Below are positions 1 to 11,749 of a DNA stretch of 64,000 nt, piece by piece. This stretch comes from an uncultured Actinomycetes bacterium (GTDB lineage: Bacteria > Actinomycetota > Acidimicrobiia > IMCC26256 > DASPTH01): the NCBI GenBank assembly GCA_963720765.1, contig CAVRGS010000013.1, positions 76,854 to 140,853 of the forward strand, in the 5' to 3' direction. The notes beneath the pieces were generated by a model that saw nothing but the letters and a program-made list of their open reading frames with translations, was not told where the DNA came from and did no database searches. How positions within the stretch are numbered: the stretch's first letter is position 1; the number at the start of each line of letters is the position of its first letter. The position numbers were made by a program, and so were the translations under genes.

Positions 1-1
1 G

Positions 2-634
2 GTCGACCGTCCGCTCACCGAGCGCCTCGACGTCGTGCAGTCAGTGGTGGGGGAGCGGCGCATCCCCGGCATCGTCACCGCGTCGCCCGACGAGGCCTCG
101 GCGTTCCTCGACGCTGCCGTCAGTGCCGGGCACGAGGGCGTGATGGTGAAGGCGGTCGACTCGCTCTACGACGCCGGTCGCCGCGGCGGCGCGTGGCGCA
201 AGGTGAAGCCGGTCAAGACGCTCGACCTCGTGGTGTTGGCCGCCGAGTGGGGCCACGGCCGGCGCGAGGGCTGGCTGTCGAACCTGCACCTCGGAGCCCG
301 CGGCGACGACGGCACGTTCGTGATGGTGGGCAAGACGTTCAAAGGTCTCACCGACGCGCTGCTCGCGTGGCAGACCGAAGAGCTCCTCGCGCGCGAGATC
401 GGCCGCGACGGGATCACCGTGCACGTGCGACCCGAGCTCGTGGTCGAGATCGCGCTCGATGGCGTGCAGGCGTCGCGCCGCTATCCGGGCGGGGTCGCGC
501 TGCGCTTCGCGCGCGTGCGCCGCTACCGCGACGACAAGACCGCGGCCGATGCAGACCTCATCGAGGCCGTACAGGCGCTGCTGCCCGGAACGTCGGGCTC
601 GTCACCGCGCGCCCGGACACGTATTCGTCCGTGA
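2..634 (+). CDS. ATP-dependent DNA ligase, C-terminal part (5' end lies outside the window)
   Basis: Frame is open to the window edge. Motifs EGVMVK, WRKVKP and [26 protein letters not shown] fit ligase adenylation/OB-fold domains. Stop at 632-634. Confidence 0.85.
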   Translation, partial: VDRPLTERLDVVQSVVGERRIPGIVTASPDEASAFLDAAVSAGHEGVMVKAVDSLYDAGRRGGAWRKVKPVKTLDLVVLAAEWGHGRREGWLSNLHLGARGDDGTFVMVGKTFKGLTDALLAWQTEELLAREIGRDGITVHVRPELVVEIALDGVQASRRYPGGVALRFARVRRYRDDKTAADADLIEAVQALLPGTSGSSPRARTRIRP

Positions 635-776
635 TCCGAGCTCGGCCGGGCTCGGCCGCGCCGGTGGCAGCGACGCGGAGATCACGGGTGCCGACCGGTT
701 CGCTCTCAAGGCACCCGTTGCGCGAGCCGAAGCAGGGTCGAGCTCGGACCCCGGCGAGGGCCGGTCATCGCGAGGG

Positions 777-2202
777 ATGGGCACGGTGGGAGCGCAACGC
801 ACGGTGGGAGCAGGGTCAGGGGTCGTCGGTCGACGCAGGTTCCTCGGCGCCGCGGCCGCGGGCGCGGCGGGGATCGTGGTCGGGGGCATCCGCCCGGCCG
901 CCGGTGTCGCGGGCGCACCGGCGCCTGGCGTCGAGCCGATCCCGATCGAATCGTCGACCCTGGGCGAAGGCATGTTCCAGCTCTTCGCGCAGTCCGACCT
1001 CAACTTCCAGACGCTGATCGCGCTCGGCGGTGCGGGCATCAACTCCGCGGTGGGCGAGGTGACGACCGCGGTGGCCCAAGCGAACGCGGCCGAAGGCGGT
1101 GCGTCGTATCAGAGCGTCTTCGACGCGATGGTCGCGACCGGTGACCGGTTGCGTCGTGCCGCCGACGAAGCCGCGAAGGCCAAGCACGTGATCACCGCGC
1201 GGGCGGTATCTCCGGGCTGCGCAGTACTACAACCAGGCGCTGTTCTGGGTGCTCGGCACGTCGACGCCTGACCAGGAACAGAACGTCTACGAGGCCATGG
1301 ACGCCGCGTGGCATGAGTCGGCCAAGCGGCAGTCGCCGAAGTGGGAGCCATTCACGTTCCCGTGGCAGGGCCATGAGCTGCCGGCGTGGTTCATCCGCCC
1401 GTCCGGCGCGAGTGGCAAGCGGCGCACGCTCATCATGAACAACGGCAGCGACGGCCAGAACGTCGACATGCTCCCCCAGGGTGCGACCTTCGCGCTCGAG
1501 CGGGGCTGGAACGTCGTCATCTTCGAAGGCCCCGGACAGGGGCGCACGCTGTTCGTCGACAAGGTGCCGTTCACGCCTGCGTGGCACGAGGTGATCACCC
1601 CGCTGGTCGACGTGCTGCAGAAGCGCAGCGACGTCGAGCCGAAGCAGATCGCGCTCGTCGGCGTGAGCTTCGCCGGCCTGCTCGTGATGCGCGCGGCGGC
1701 GAAGGAGCACCGACTCGCCGCAGTCGTGAGTGATCCCGGCAGCGTCAGCGACTACGACGCGTTCCCGCAGGTGTTGCGCGACGCGGCGGCGAGTGGCGAC
1801 AAGGCGACGGTCAACGCCGCGTGGGAGAACATCCTGATCCCGGGATCGGATCCGATGCAGCAGTTCGATCTCCGCAAGCGGCTCGAGATCTACACGCCCG
1901 GAGCGCTCGGCGAGGTGCGCGCGGGCAAGGTGCCGAGTGACTGGTACGGCATCTCCCGCGCGATCCAGGAGTACGACCTCGGCGACCTCGCCGAGGACGT
2001 CACGACGCCGACGTTGGTCGTCAACTACGAGCTCGAGTCGTTCTATCCGGGACAGGCGCAGGAGCTCTACGATCGGTTGCCGGGGAAGAAGGATCTCGTG
2101 ACGTTCACCGTGGTCGAAGGCGCGCAGTACCACGACGCGCCGATTGGCGCGCAGTGGCACGGTGAGGTCGTGATGGACTGGCTCGACGAGCACGTCCACT
2201 GA
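777..2202 (+). pseudogene. Tat-signal alpha/beta hydrolase with a +1 frame break near 1192-1205 (pseudogene or sequence error)
   Basis: ATG at 777 with twin-arginine signal GRRRFLGAAAAGAAG. The first frame reads ..AKAKHVITA. The next frame opens after TGA 1189-1191 and continues RGRYLRAAQYYNQALFWVLG into the 317-aa hydrolase ORF (VGVSFAG elbow-like motif). Confidence 0.7.
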
Positions 2203-2211
2203 CGCACAGGA

Positions 2212-2273
2212 TCAGACCACGCGCAGCGGACGGAAGGCGTGCACGTCAGCACGTAGAGGTCGGGGCACTCGAA
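2212..2273 (-). pseudogene. 3' stub of an epoxide hydrolase gene (about the last 20 codons)
   Basis: Reads ..FECPDLYV.. then FRPLRVV-stop after small indels. The intact gene at 3406-4563 ends [21 protein letters not shown]-stop. 25 nt (gcacgtagaggtcggggcactcgaa) are identical to 3450-3474. Confidence 0.6.
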
Positions 2274-2473
2274 CGCGAGATCGGCCGCGACGGGATCACC
2301 GTGCACGTACGACCCGAGCTCGTGGTCGAGATCGCGCTCGATGGCCTGCAGACGTCGCGCCGCTATCAGGGCGGGGTCGCGCTGCGCTTCGCGCGCCGCG
2401 CCGCTACCGCGACGACAAGGCCGCCGACGCCGCCGATCCGATCGAGGCGGTGCAGGCCTTCCTCTCGGGTTAG
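2274..2473 (+). pseudogene. Duplicated 3' remnant of the DNA ligase gene, frameshifted
   Basis: Near-identical to about 392-590 ([32 protein letters not shown]). A 1-nt gap after RFAR breaks the frame. The corrected frame ends ..[10 protein letters not shown]-stop at 2471-2473. Confidence 0.8.
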
Positions 2474-3403
2474 AGCTGGCGCAGCACGCGGACGCGGTCG
2501 GCGAAGGCGCGCGCCGCCACAGGGAGACCGGGCATGCGGTCGAACCCGTGTGGGCACCCCGGGTGGACATGGAGCTCGACGTTGGTTCCGGTGGCGAGGA
2601 TGCGGCGTGCGTACTCGATGCTCTCGTCGCGGAAGATGTCGAGGTCACCGGTGTCGATGTAGGTGGGGGGGAGGCCGGAGACATCGTTCGCGCGTGCGGG
2701 TGCAGCGGACGCAGGCACGGCGTCGGTGCCCACCGCGTTGCCGAGGAGCGCGTGCCATCCGGTGTAGTTGTCGTCGTACGACCACGCCGCGAAGGGCGCC
2801 ATCTCGGGATCGGGCACCGTGGTGCGATCGTCGAGCATCGGGTACACGAGGACCTGTTGTGCGACCGGGACGCCACGATCGCGGGCGAGCAGCACGACGC
2901 CCGCGGCCAACCCGCCGCCCCCGCTGTCGCCCATGACCGCGACGCGCGCCGGATCCACGCGCAAGCGGTCCGCTCGTGCGACCAACCATTGCAGACCGGC
3001 GAAGCAGTCCTCGACGGGCGTGGGGTGCGGGTGCTCGGGCGCCACGCGGTAGTCGACCGAGAGGAAGGGCAGGCCCGAATCGACGACGTACCCGGCGACC
3101 AGGTGGTCGTATCCCGCGACCGAACCCATGATCATCCCGCCGCCGTGGAAGTAGACGACTGCGGGGCCCGGTGTGCGGTCGGCCGGTTCGTACCACCGCG
3201 CCGAGATCTCGGTGCCGTCGTACGACGCGAACGGCGTGGTCGGTGCGCGCGACTTCGGGATGTTCCGGAAGCAGCGAGTCGATGAACTCGAGTCCGGTGT
3301 TGCCATTCGTGCGCAGCACCTGCCAGTCGCCACGCGCCGCGAGAGCGCGCGCGGGTGCGTTCGCGGTGAGCGCCGCGATGTCGGGGTCGAGCTGGTAGGG
3401 CAT
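2470..3403 (-). pseudogene. HSL-family esterase/lipase (alpha/beta hydrolase fold-3) with a frame break near 3226-3244
   Basis: HGGG oxyanion motif and GDSGGG nucleophile elbow in the 2470-3333 frame. The expected N-terminus MPYQLDPDIAALTANAP.. starts at ATG 3403 in another frame. The two frames meet at ..PEVARTDH / TPFASYDGTEI. Confidence 0.75.
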
Positions 3404-3405
3404 CG

Positions 3406-4563
3406 TCACACGATCCTGAGTGGACGGAAGCACGTGCGCACGTCGGGCACGTAGAGGTCGGGGCACTCGAAGGCAGCGAAGTGCCCGCCACGTGGCATCT
3501 CCGCGAAGTGTGAGAGCGGGTACTGCATGGCGAACCAGCGTTCCGACGTGCGCATGATCTCCTTCGGGTAGCGCGCGTACCCGACCGGCTGCGTCGGCTT
3601 CGCCAGGGGATCGATGCCGCCGTTGGCGAAGCCCTGCATCACCTCGTAGTAGAGACGACCCGCCGAATGCGCGGTGGCGGTGACCCAGTACACCATCAGG
3701 TTGTCGAGCAGCTGGTCCTTGGTGAACGAACGTTCGACGTCGCCGTCGCAGTCCGACCACGTGCGGAACTTCTCCACGATCCACGCCGCCAGTCCGGCGG
3801 GGGAGTCGTCGAGTGCGTAGCCGATGGTCTGCGGCTTGGTCGACTGCTCCTTCATGTAACCGGAGTCGACCGCGTCGTACGCGCTCATGCCGTCGAGGAA
3901 GCCCTGCTCCTCGGGTGTGACGTCCTCGGTCATCGGGATCGGTGGCGCCATGTTGAGGTGGATGCCTGCGCAGTGCTCGGGATCGGCGAGCGCGACCTCA
4001 CGCGTCACGAAGTAGCCCCAGTCACCGCCCTGCGCCACGTAGCGGTCGTACCCGAGCCCCGCCATGAGCTGCGCCCATGCGCGCGCGATGCGGCCGGGGT
4101 GCCAGCCGCGCTCGACGGTCGGGCCCGAGAACCCGTACCCGGGGAGCGATGCGACGACCACGTGGAACGCATCGGCGTCGTCACCGCCGTGCGCAGCGGG
4201 ATCCCGCAGCGGTTCGATCACGTCGAGGAACTCGACGAACGAGCCCGGCCAACCGTGCGTGAGCAGCAGCGGCAGCGCGCCCTCGACCGCGGACGGCGCG
4301 TGGATGAAGTGCACACCGGTGCCGTCGATCTCGGCGCGGAAGTGGTCGAACGCGTTCATGCGCGCTTGGCGCGCCGACCAGTCGTACTCCTCGGCCCAGT
4401 AGGTGACCAGCTCCCGCAGGTACCCGAGCTCGGTGCCGTAGTCCCAGCCGGCGTCGGGGAGCTGCTCGGGGAAGCGCGTGTTGTGCAGACGCGCCCGCAG
4501 GTCGTCGAGCATCGCGTCGTCGACGTCGACCCGGAACGGTTCGATGGTGAGGTTTCCGCTCAT
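3406..4563 (-). CDS. Epoxide hydrolase (microsomal-type, N-terminal EH domain plus alpha/beta hydrolase)
   Basis: 385-aa intact ORF with FRVDVDDAMLDDLRARLHNTRFP, HGWPGSFVEF and GGDWG motifs. Confidence 0.9.
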   Translation of the reverse strand: MSGNLTIEPFRVDVDDAMLDDLRARLHNTRFPEQLPDAGWDYGTELGYLRELVTYWAEEYDWSARQARMNAFDHFRAEIDGTGVHFIHAPSAVEGALPLLLTHGWPGSFVEFLDVIEPLRDPAAHGGDDADAFHVVVASLPGYGFSGPTVERGWHPGRIARAWAQLMAGLGYDRYVAQGGDWGYFVTREVALADPEHCAGIHLNMAPPIPMTEDVTPEEQGFLDGMSAYDAVDSGYMKEQSTKPQTIGYALDDSPAGLAAWIVEKFRTWSDCDGDVERSFTKDQLLDNLMVYWVTATAHSAGRLYYEVMQGFANGGIDPLAKPTQPVGYARYPKEIMRTSERWFAMQYPLSHFAEMPRGGHFAAFECPDLYVPDVRTCFRPLRIV

Positions 4564-4637
4564 GCCGGCGAGACGGTACTCAATGGCGTCCGATCCGGCC
4601 CGAGTTACAACTGACGGTCGATGTGTAACATCTGCCC

Positions 4638-5372
4638 ATGGCCGAGCAGGTGCGTGCGCACGTCGTCGTGGGAGGCGCCTCGGGCATCGGCGCCGCCGTG
4701 GCCGAGTCGGAGCGCGAGCGCGGCTACGAGGTCGTCGTGTGGGACGTCGCCGGCGCGTACGACGTGAAGTGCGACGTCACCGATCCGGCGTCGGTCGACG
4801 CCGCGCTCGAACAAACGATCGGGCGCCTCGGGGCGCCGTCGGAGGTCACGGTGACCGCGGGCGTCGGGCACTCGGGGCTGCTCCTCGACCTCCCCGTCGA
4901 CGAGTGGGACCGCGTCATCGCGGTGAACACACGTGGCCCGCTGCTGGTGATGCGTGGGTTCGCGCGGGCGCTGATCGATGCCGGATCGCCGGGATCGATC
5001 GTCGCCACGTCGAGCGTGAGCGCGCGGCTGGTCGACCGCTCGATGGGTGCGTACTGCGCGTCGAAGGCCGCGCTCAGCATGCTCGTGGAGGTGGCAGCGA
5101 GCGAGTGGGGGCCCCACGGCATCCGGGTCAACGCCGTCGCGCCCGGTGTGACCGCCACGCCGATGCTCGGACGCGCGCCGACCGATTCCGGCTGGCTCGC
5201 ATCGGTGCAGGAACGCACTGCGCTCGGACGACTCGGCACCGCCGCCGACATCGCGCAGGCGATCCGTGCGCTGCACGACGTCGAGTGGATGACCGGCCAG
5301 ATCGTCGAGTGCGACGGAGGCCTCGGGCTCCACAGCCCGATCAACTCGTTCGGCGAGAACCCCCGCGGCTGA
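4638..5372 (+). CDS. Short-chain dehydrogenase/reductase (SDR)
   Basis: Cofactor motif GGASGIG, catalytic YCASK, intact 244-aa ORF. Confidence 0.9.
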   Translation: MAEQVRAHVVVGGASGIGAAVAESERERGYEVVVWDVAGAYDVKCDVTDPASVDAALEQTIGRLGAPSEVTVTAGVGHSGLLLDLPVDEWDRVIAVNTRGPLLVMRGFARALIDAGSPGSIVATSSVSARLVDRSMGAYCASKAALSMLVEVAASEWGPHGIRVNAVAPGVTATPMLGRAPTDSGWLASVQERTALGRLGTAADIAQAIRALHDVEWMTGQIVECDGGLGLHSPINSFGENPRG

Positions 5373-5393
5373 ACGCGCGAGGAAGGACGTTCG

Positions 5394-7130
<1,737 letters not shown>

Positions 7131-7192
7131 GCGCCAACCGACCACGTCCTAGGCTCGCGCGGCCAGCTCCACGGTGCATCGGGGGTGTACGG

Positions 7193-8440
7193 GTGCCGAA
7201 GGCGGTGAGCGATCCGCTGTTCGATCCTGAGGTGGTCGAGGATCCGCACGGTTACTACGCCGAGCTGCGCGCCGCCGATCCCGTCCACGAGCTCCCGGGC
7301 ACCGGCACGTTCCTCGTCACTCGGATGGACCTCATCCGCGAGGTCGTGGCCAAGCCGGCGATCTACTCGAGCGTGAGCACCGTGTTCCTCCACCATCACG
7401 GGAACGACGGCGCACCCGGCCTCCGTGGGGTGTCTCCGGATGCCGGGATCGACACCAGTCAGGGCATGGTGCTCGCGACCGCTGATCCGCCCGACCACGC
7501 CCGTCAGCGGAAGGTCGTCACCCGGCGGCTGTCGACCTCGGTCATGCAGGGAATGGAACCCGAGTTCCGTGCGCTGGTCGACGACGTGCTCGACGGCGCC
7601 CTCACCAGGGGGCGGATCGAGCTCATGAGCGAGCTGGCCGAGCCGCTCCCGATGGTGATGGTGGCGCGGATCCTCGGTGTCGACGACGACAAGGCACCCG
7701 CACTCAAGGAGCAGGGGTACGCGTCGGTCGAGGCGATCAGCGGCTTCGTGACCGACGAACGGCTCGAGGCGCTCGGTGCACCGATGAAGAACGTCGGTCC
7801 CGTGGTCGACGGGTACCTGGCGGCACGAGGTGCGCAGAAGTACGACCCCGAGACGCTGATCGGTGTGTGCGGCCAGGCCGTCGAAGCCGGTGAGCTCACC
7901 GATCTCGAAGCCATGGCGACGTTGTTCCTGCTCATCTCCGCCGGGGGAGAGTCGACCACCAGCCTGACCGGAACCGGTGCGAGGATCCTCGCCGAACGTC
8001 CTGACCTGCAGGAGCGGCTGCGGCGCGAGCCGCAGCTCGTCCCGGCGTTCGTCGAAGAGGCGTGCCGCATCGATCCGCCGTTCCGAGGTCACTACCGCCA
8101 CGTGCTGATCGACGCGGAGCTCGGCGGTGTGACCATCCCGGCCGGGTCGACGCTCGTGCTGATGTGGCCGGCGGCGAACCACGACCGAGACGTGTTCGAG
8201 CATCCCGACGACATCGATCTCGACCGACCCAACCCACGCCAGCACGTCGGGTTCGGGTGGGGGATACATCTCTGCGTCGGGGCGCCGCTCGCCCGCGTCG
8301 AGGCCAAGGTCGCGTTCGAACAACTGCTGGCGCGCACGAAGTCGTTCTCGATCGATCCCGACGCCGCACCGTTGCGCCACCACCGCAGCCTGATGGTGCG
8401 TCGGCTCGTGGACCTCCCCCTCGTCCTCGAAGCGAGGTGA
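7193..8440 (+). CDS. Cytochrome P450
   Basis: Heme-thiolate loop FGWGIHLCVGAPLA, ExxR (EEACR); 415 aa. Confidence 0.9.
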   Translation: MPKAVSDPLFDPEVVEDPHGYYAELRAADPVHELPGTGTFLVTRMDLIREVVAKPAIYSSVSTVFLHHHGNDGAPGLRGVSPDAGIDTSQGMVLATADPPDHARQRKVVTRRLSTSVMQGMEPEFRALVDDVLDGALTRGRIELMSELAEPLPMVMVARILGVDDDKAPALKEQGYASVEAISGFVTDERLEALGAPMKNVGPVVDGYLAARGAQKYDPETLIGVCGQAVEAGELTDLEAMATLFLLISAGGESTTSLTGTGARILAERPDLQERLRREPQLVPAFVEEACRIDPPFRGHYRHVLIDAELGGVTIPAGSTLVLMWPAANHDRDVFEHPDDIDLDRPNPRQHVGFGWGIHLCVGAPLARVEAKVAFEQLLARTKSFSIDPDAAPLRHHRSLMVRRLVDLPLVLEAR

Positions 8441-8527
8441 TCGCGAGGTGCCCGCGGACGCGCAGGACCTTCTCCGCGTTACGTTGACGACGACCCGGCA
8501 TCCGGGGTCACGACCAGGGGGAACACC

Positions 8528-9856
8528 ATGCATCGACCGACGCGATGGGGGCTACGCGCCCTCGCGGTGACAGCGGGACTCGGGCTCGCGACCGGAGGCC
8601 TGCTCGCGACGAGCGCGAGCGCGCAGTCGGCGAGCTCGCCGGGGGTCTCCGACAAGGAGATCACGCTCGGGTACATCTCGTCCGAGACCGGCGTCGCCGC
8701 GTCGGCGAGTGAGGGTTCGGCCACGGGGTGCAAGGCGCGGATCGGCGCCGAGAACGCCAAGGGTGGCGTGAACGGCCGCAAGATCAACCTCGAGGCCATC
8801 GACGACAAGTCGTCGGCGAACCTCAACGCGGCCAAGGACCTCGTCGAGAACCGCAACGCGTTCATCGTGATCAACGACTCGCCGTTTGCGTTCGGCACCT
8901 ACCGGTACCTGAACGACTCGAAGGTGCCGATGCTCGGCGGCGGGTTCGACGGCTCGTACTACTACGAGAAGGGCAACGAGAACATCATCTCCGCGTACGG
9001 CGACGGCACCCCGGTGCCCGGCATCACCTACGACACGGTCGCCAAGGTGGTGAAGAAGCTCGGGGCCAAGGAGCTGGCGTCGATCGGCTACGGCGTGTCG
9101 CCGTCGTCGAGCGAGACGGCCAAGGCCACCGTCGACTACGCGGGTCCGGCCGTGGGGCTGAAGAAGGGCTACCTCAACACCGCAGTGGACTTCGGGACCA
9201 CCGATGTCGCCCCGATCGTGCTCGGGATCAAGAACTCCGGCTCCGACGCCGTCTACCTGCCCCTCGACTCCGCGACGAACATCGCGGTCATCCAGGGTCT
9301 GCAGCAGAACAACGTGCCGATGAAGGCCAGTGTCTCGGCGACCGGGTACGGCCAGACGCTGCTCGACCAGCCGGCGGCGAAGAGCCTCACGTCCACCGAC
9401 TTGTTCCAGACCGCGTACAAGCCGGTCGAGCTCGGCGGCAAGGCGATCAAGACGTTCCAGCAGAACCTGAAGAAGTACGGCGGCTACACCGGCGTGCCCG
9501 GCTTCGGTGAGTACACCGGCTACGTCTCGTGCGACCTCGCCATCGTGGGGCTGAAGGCGGCGGGCAAGAACCCGACCCGTCAGGGCTGGGTCGACGGCAT
9601 CCGCACCACCAACGGCGGGATCTACGACAACGCCGGTCTCACGTGTGGCAACCGTGACTTCAGCAAGGCGAACTTCGGCAAGGTGACCAACGAGAGCTGC
9701 ATCTATTACGCCGTGGTGAAGGACGGCAAGTGGAAGGTGCTCTTCGGCGGCAAGCCGGTCACGGGCAAGATCGTCGGTGATCAGGCCCTGATCAAGCAGT
9801 ACGAGAGCAGCGCCGGCACCGGCGTCACCACGACCTCGGCCGCTCCCGCTTCGTAG
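8528..9856 (+). CDS. ABC transporter substrate-binding protein (LivJ/branched-chain amino acid type), secreted
   Basis: Signal peptide LRALAVTAGLGLATGGLLATSASA, then ITLGYISSETG..; intact 442 aa. Confidence 0.85.
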   Translation: MHRPTRWGLRALAVTAGLGLATGGLLATSASAQSASSPGVSDKEITLGYISSETGVAASASEGSATGCKARIGAENAKGGVNGRKINLEAIDDKSSANLNAAKDLVENRNAFIVINDSPFAFGTYRYLNDSKVPMLGGGFDGSYYYEKGNENIISAYGDGTPVPGITYDTVAKVVKKLGAKELASIGYGVSPSSSETAKATVDYAGPAVGLKKGYLNTAVDFGTTDVAPIVLGIKNSGSDAVYLPLDSATNIAVIQGLQQNNVPMKASVSATGYGQTLLDQPAAKSLTSTDLFQTAYKPVELGGKAIKTFQQNLKKYGGYTGVPGFGEYTGYVSCDLAIVGLKAAGKNPTRQGWVDGIRTTNGGIYDNAGLTCGNRDFSKANFGKVTNESCIYYAVVKDGKWKVLFGGKPVTGKIVGDQALIKQYESSAGTGVTTTSAAPAS

Positions 9857-9924
9857 GCGACGCGCGTCCGGCCGGCCTACGGTGCTCGGCACCCGGTGCA
9901 GGCCGGACGCGCTCCTCGCCTACG
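9852..9924. terminator. Long hairpin between convergent genes (candidate bidirectional terminator)
   Basis: Perfect 12-bp arms gcgcgtccggcc (9862-9873) and ggccggacgcgc (9901-9912). They are extended by cgtaggcga/tcgcctacg, which overlap both stop codons. Confidence 0.5.
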
Positions 9925-11748
9925 TACGCTCGAGCGTCAGTCCCGCGAAGTCACCGCGCCCGAGCCACTCGGTGAGCAGATCGCGATAGCCGAAGTAGTC
10001 GCCGAAGCCGCCGCCGTAGGTGCCCGCGTGCGGGTCGAGCAGCACCATGTTCCCGTCGTCGTCGAAGAGCATTCGTGAGCCGGGTGTGCACGGCACGCCA
10101 CCCGGCGGCGGCGCGCTGGCCATGGACGCGGTCATGACCTGCTGCACCCAGTCGGCCTCGGCGTCCTCGCTCACGTCGAACGCGTCGACCCCGTCGGCGT
10201 CGAGCGCAGCGATCGTGCCCGCGACGAACTCGGCGCCGACTTCGGCGAGCAACGTGTAGTTCACGGTGACGACTGCCTGCTGGCCGGGACACGGCATCAG
10301 GAACAGGTTCGGGAACCCGGAGGTCATCAATCCGAACAACGTCGCCGCGCCGTCAGCCCACTTCTCGGCGATCGTCCTTCCGCCTCGGCCGACGATCTCG
10401 TGACCGGCGCGGCGGGGCAGCGGTGTCACCTCGGGTTCGAAGCCGGTGGCGTACACGAGGCAGTCGACCTCGTACTCGCGCCCGTCGACCACGATCCCGT
10501 GCTCGGTGACGCAATCGATTCCCGCCGGGCAGTCGACGATGGTCACGTTGTCACGGTTGAGCGACGGCAGGAAGTCGTCGTGGAAGAGCGGTCGCCGGCA
10601 GCTGTACTTGTAGTAGGGCATGAGCAGGTCGGCGCGGGCCGGATCGCTGATCGTCTCCCGGATCCGCTGCCGGTGCTGCTCCATCACCTCGTAGTCGAAC
10701 TCGTCGACCTGGAGCATGTACTCCTCCACGGCCATCCCGGGCTCGAACGGCTGGTTGTTGATCCGCGCGAAGTGGTGACACCAACCGTCGTCGACGAGGT
10801 CGGTCTCGACCGACTGCCCGAGCATGACCGCCTGGAAATTCTCGTTGCGCTCGCGGTGCCAACCCGGCTGCAGGCTCGCCGCGAACGCGTCGTCGTCGGA
10901 CGGTCGCCGCGCACGCCGACCGCGGCCGGTGTGCGCTGGAACACGTACAACTGCTTCGACGACTCGGCCAAGCGGCGGGATCGCCTGGATGGCGCTGGCA
11001 CCGGTCCCGATGACGCCCACGACCTTGTCGGCGAGCCCGGTCATGCGCGGATCTTCCTGTGACCCGCCGGTGTACCCGTAGTCCCAGCGCGCGGTGTGGA
11101 ACGCGGCACCGGTGAACGACTCCATCCCCGGGATGGCAGGGATCTTCATGAGGTTGAGGATGCCCACGGCCATGATCACGTACTTGGCGCGGATCTCGGT
11201 CGCCGCGATCGGTGCGGATCACCCAACGCGAGAGGTCGTCGTCCCACTCGGTGTGCTCGACGCCGGTGTGGAACAGCGCCGCGTCGACGAGGTCGAAACG
11301 ACGAGCGATCGCCTCGACGTGCTCGCGGATCTCCTCGCCCTGGGCGTAGCGCTTCGTCGGGACGTAGCTCCATCTCTTCGAGCATGGGCATGTAGCAGTA
11401 CGACTCGACGTCGCACATGACGCCGGGGTAGCGGTTCCAATACCACGTGCCGCCGAACCCGCCGGCCTGATCGATCATTCGGACGGAGTCGATCCCGCGC
11501 TTGCGCAGCTGCGCGCCGGCGACGACTCCGGCGATGCCCGCGCCGATGATCGCCACCTCGACGTCCTCACCGACGGGATCGCGTGGCGTGACCGGTGTGA
11601 ACGGATCCTGGCGATACCTGGCGACGGCACGATCACGCGCGAGATCGCGGATCGCGGCCCGACCCTCGACCATGCGCTTCTCTCGCTCCGCCTCGTACTT
11701 CGCCCGCACGGCTTCCGGATCGAACGTCGACAGGTTGTCGGTCCCCAC
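9920..11748 (-). pseudogene. Baeyer-Villiger (flavin) monooxygenase with four frame breaks
   Basis: IIGAGIAGV, GGTWYWNRYPG, fingerprint FTGAAFHTARW, VIGTGASAIQ. The reading frame must change near 11368-11372, 11198-11201, 10968-10972 and 10890-10905 to keep homology (MLEEM|GYVPTKRYAQGEEIREH; RTDRGD|EIRAKYVIMAVG; IPPL|AESSKQLYVFQRTPAAVGVRGDRPT|DDDAFAASL). Confidence 0.8.
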
Positions 11749-11749
11749 G

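Noticed and set aside
386-2473. A transposon or insertion sequence as the cause of the ligase duplication.
   Set aside because: The interval contains no transposase or integrase ORF, no terminal inverted repeats, and no short target-site duplication. The repeated unit is ~200 bp of host gene.
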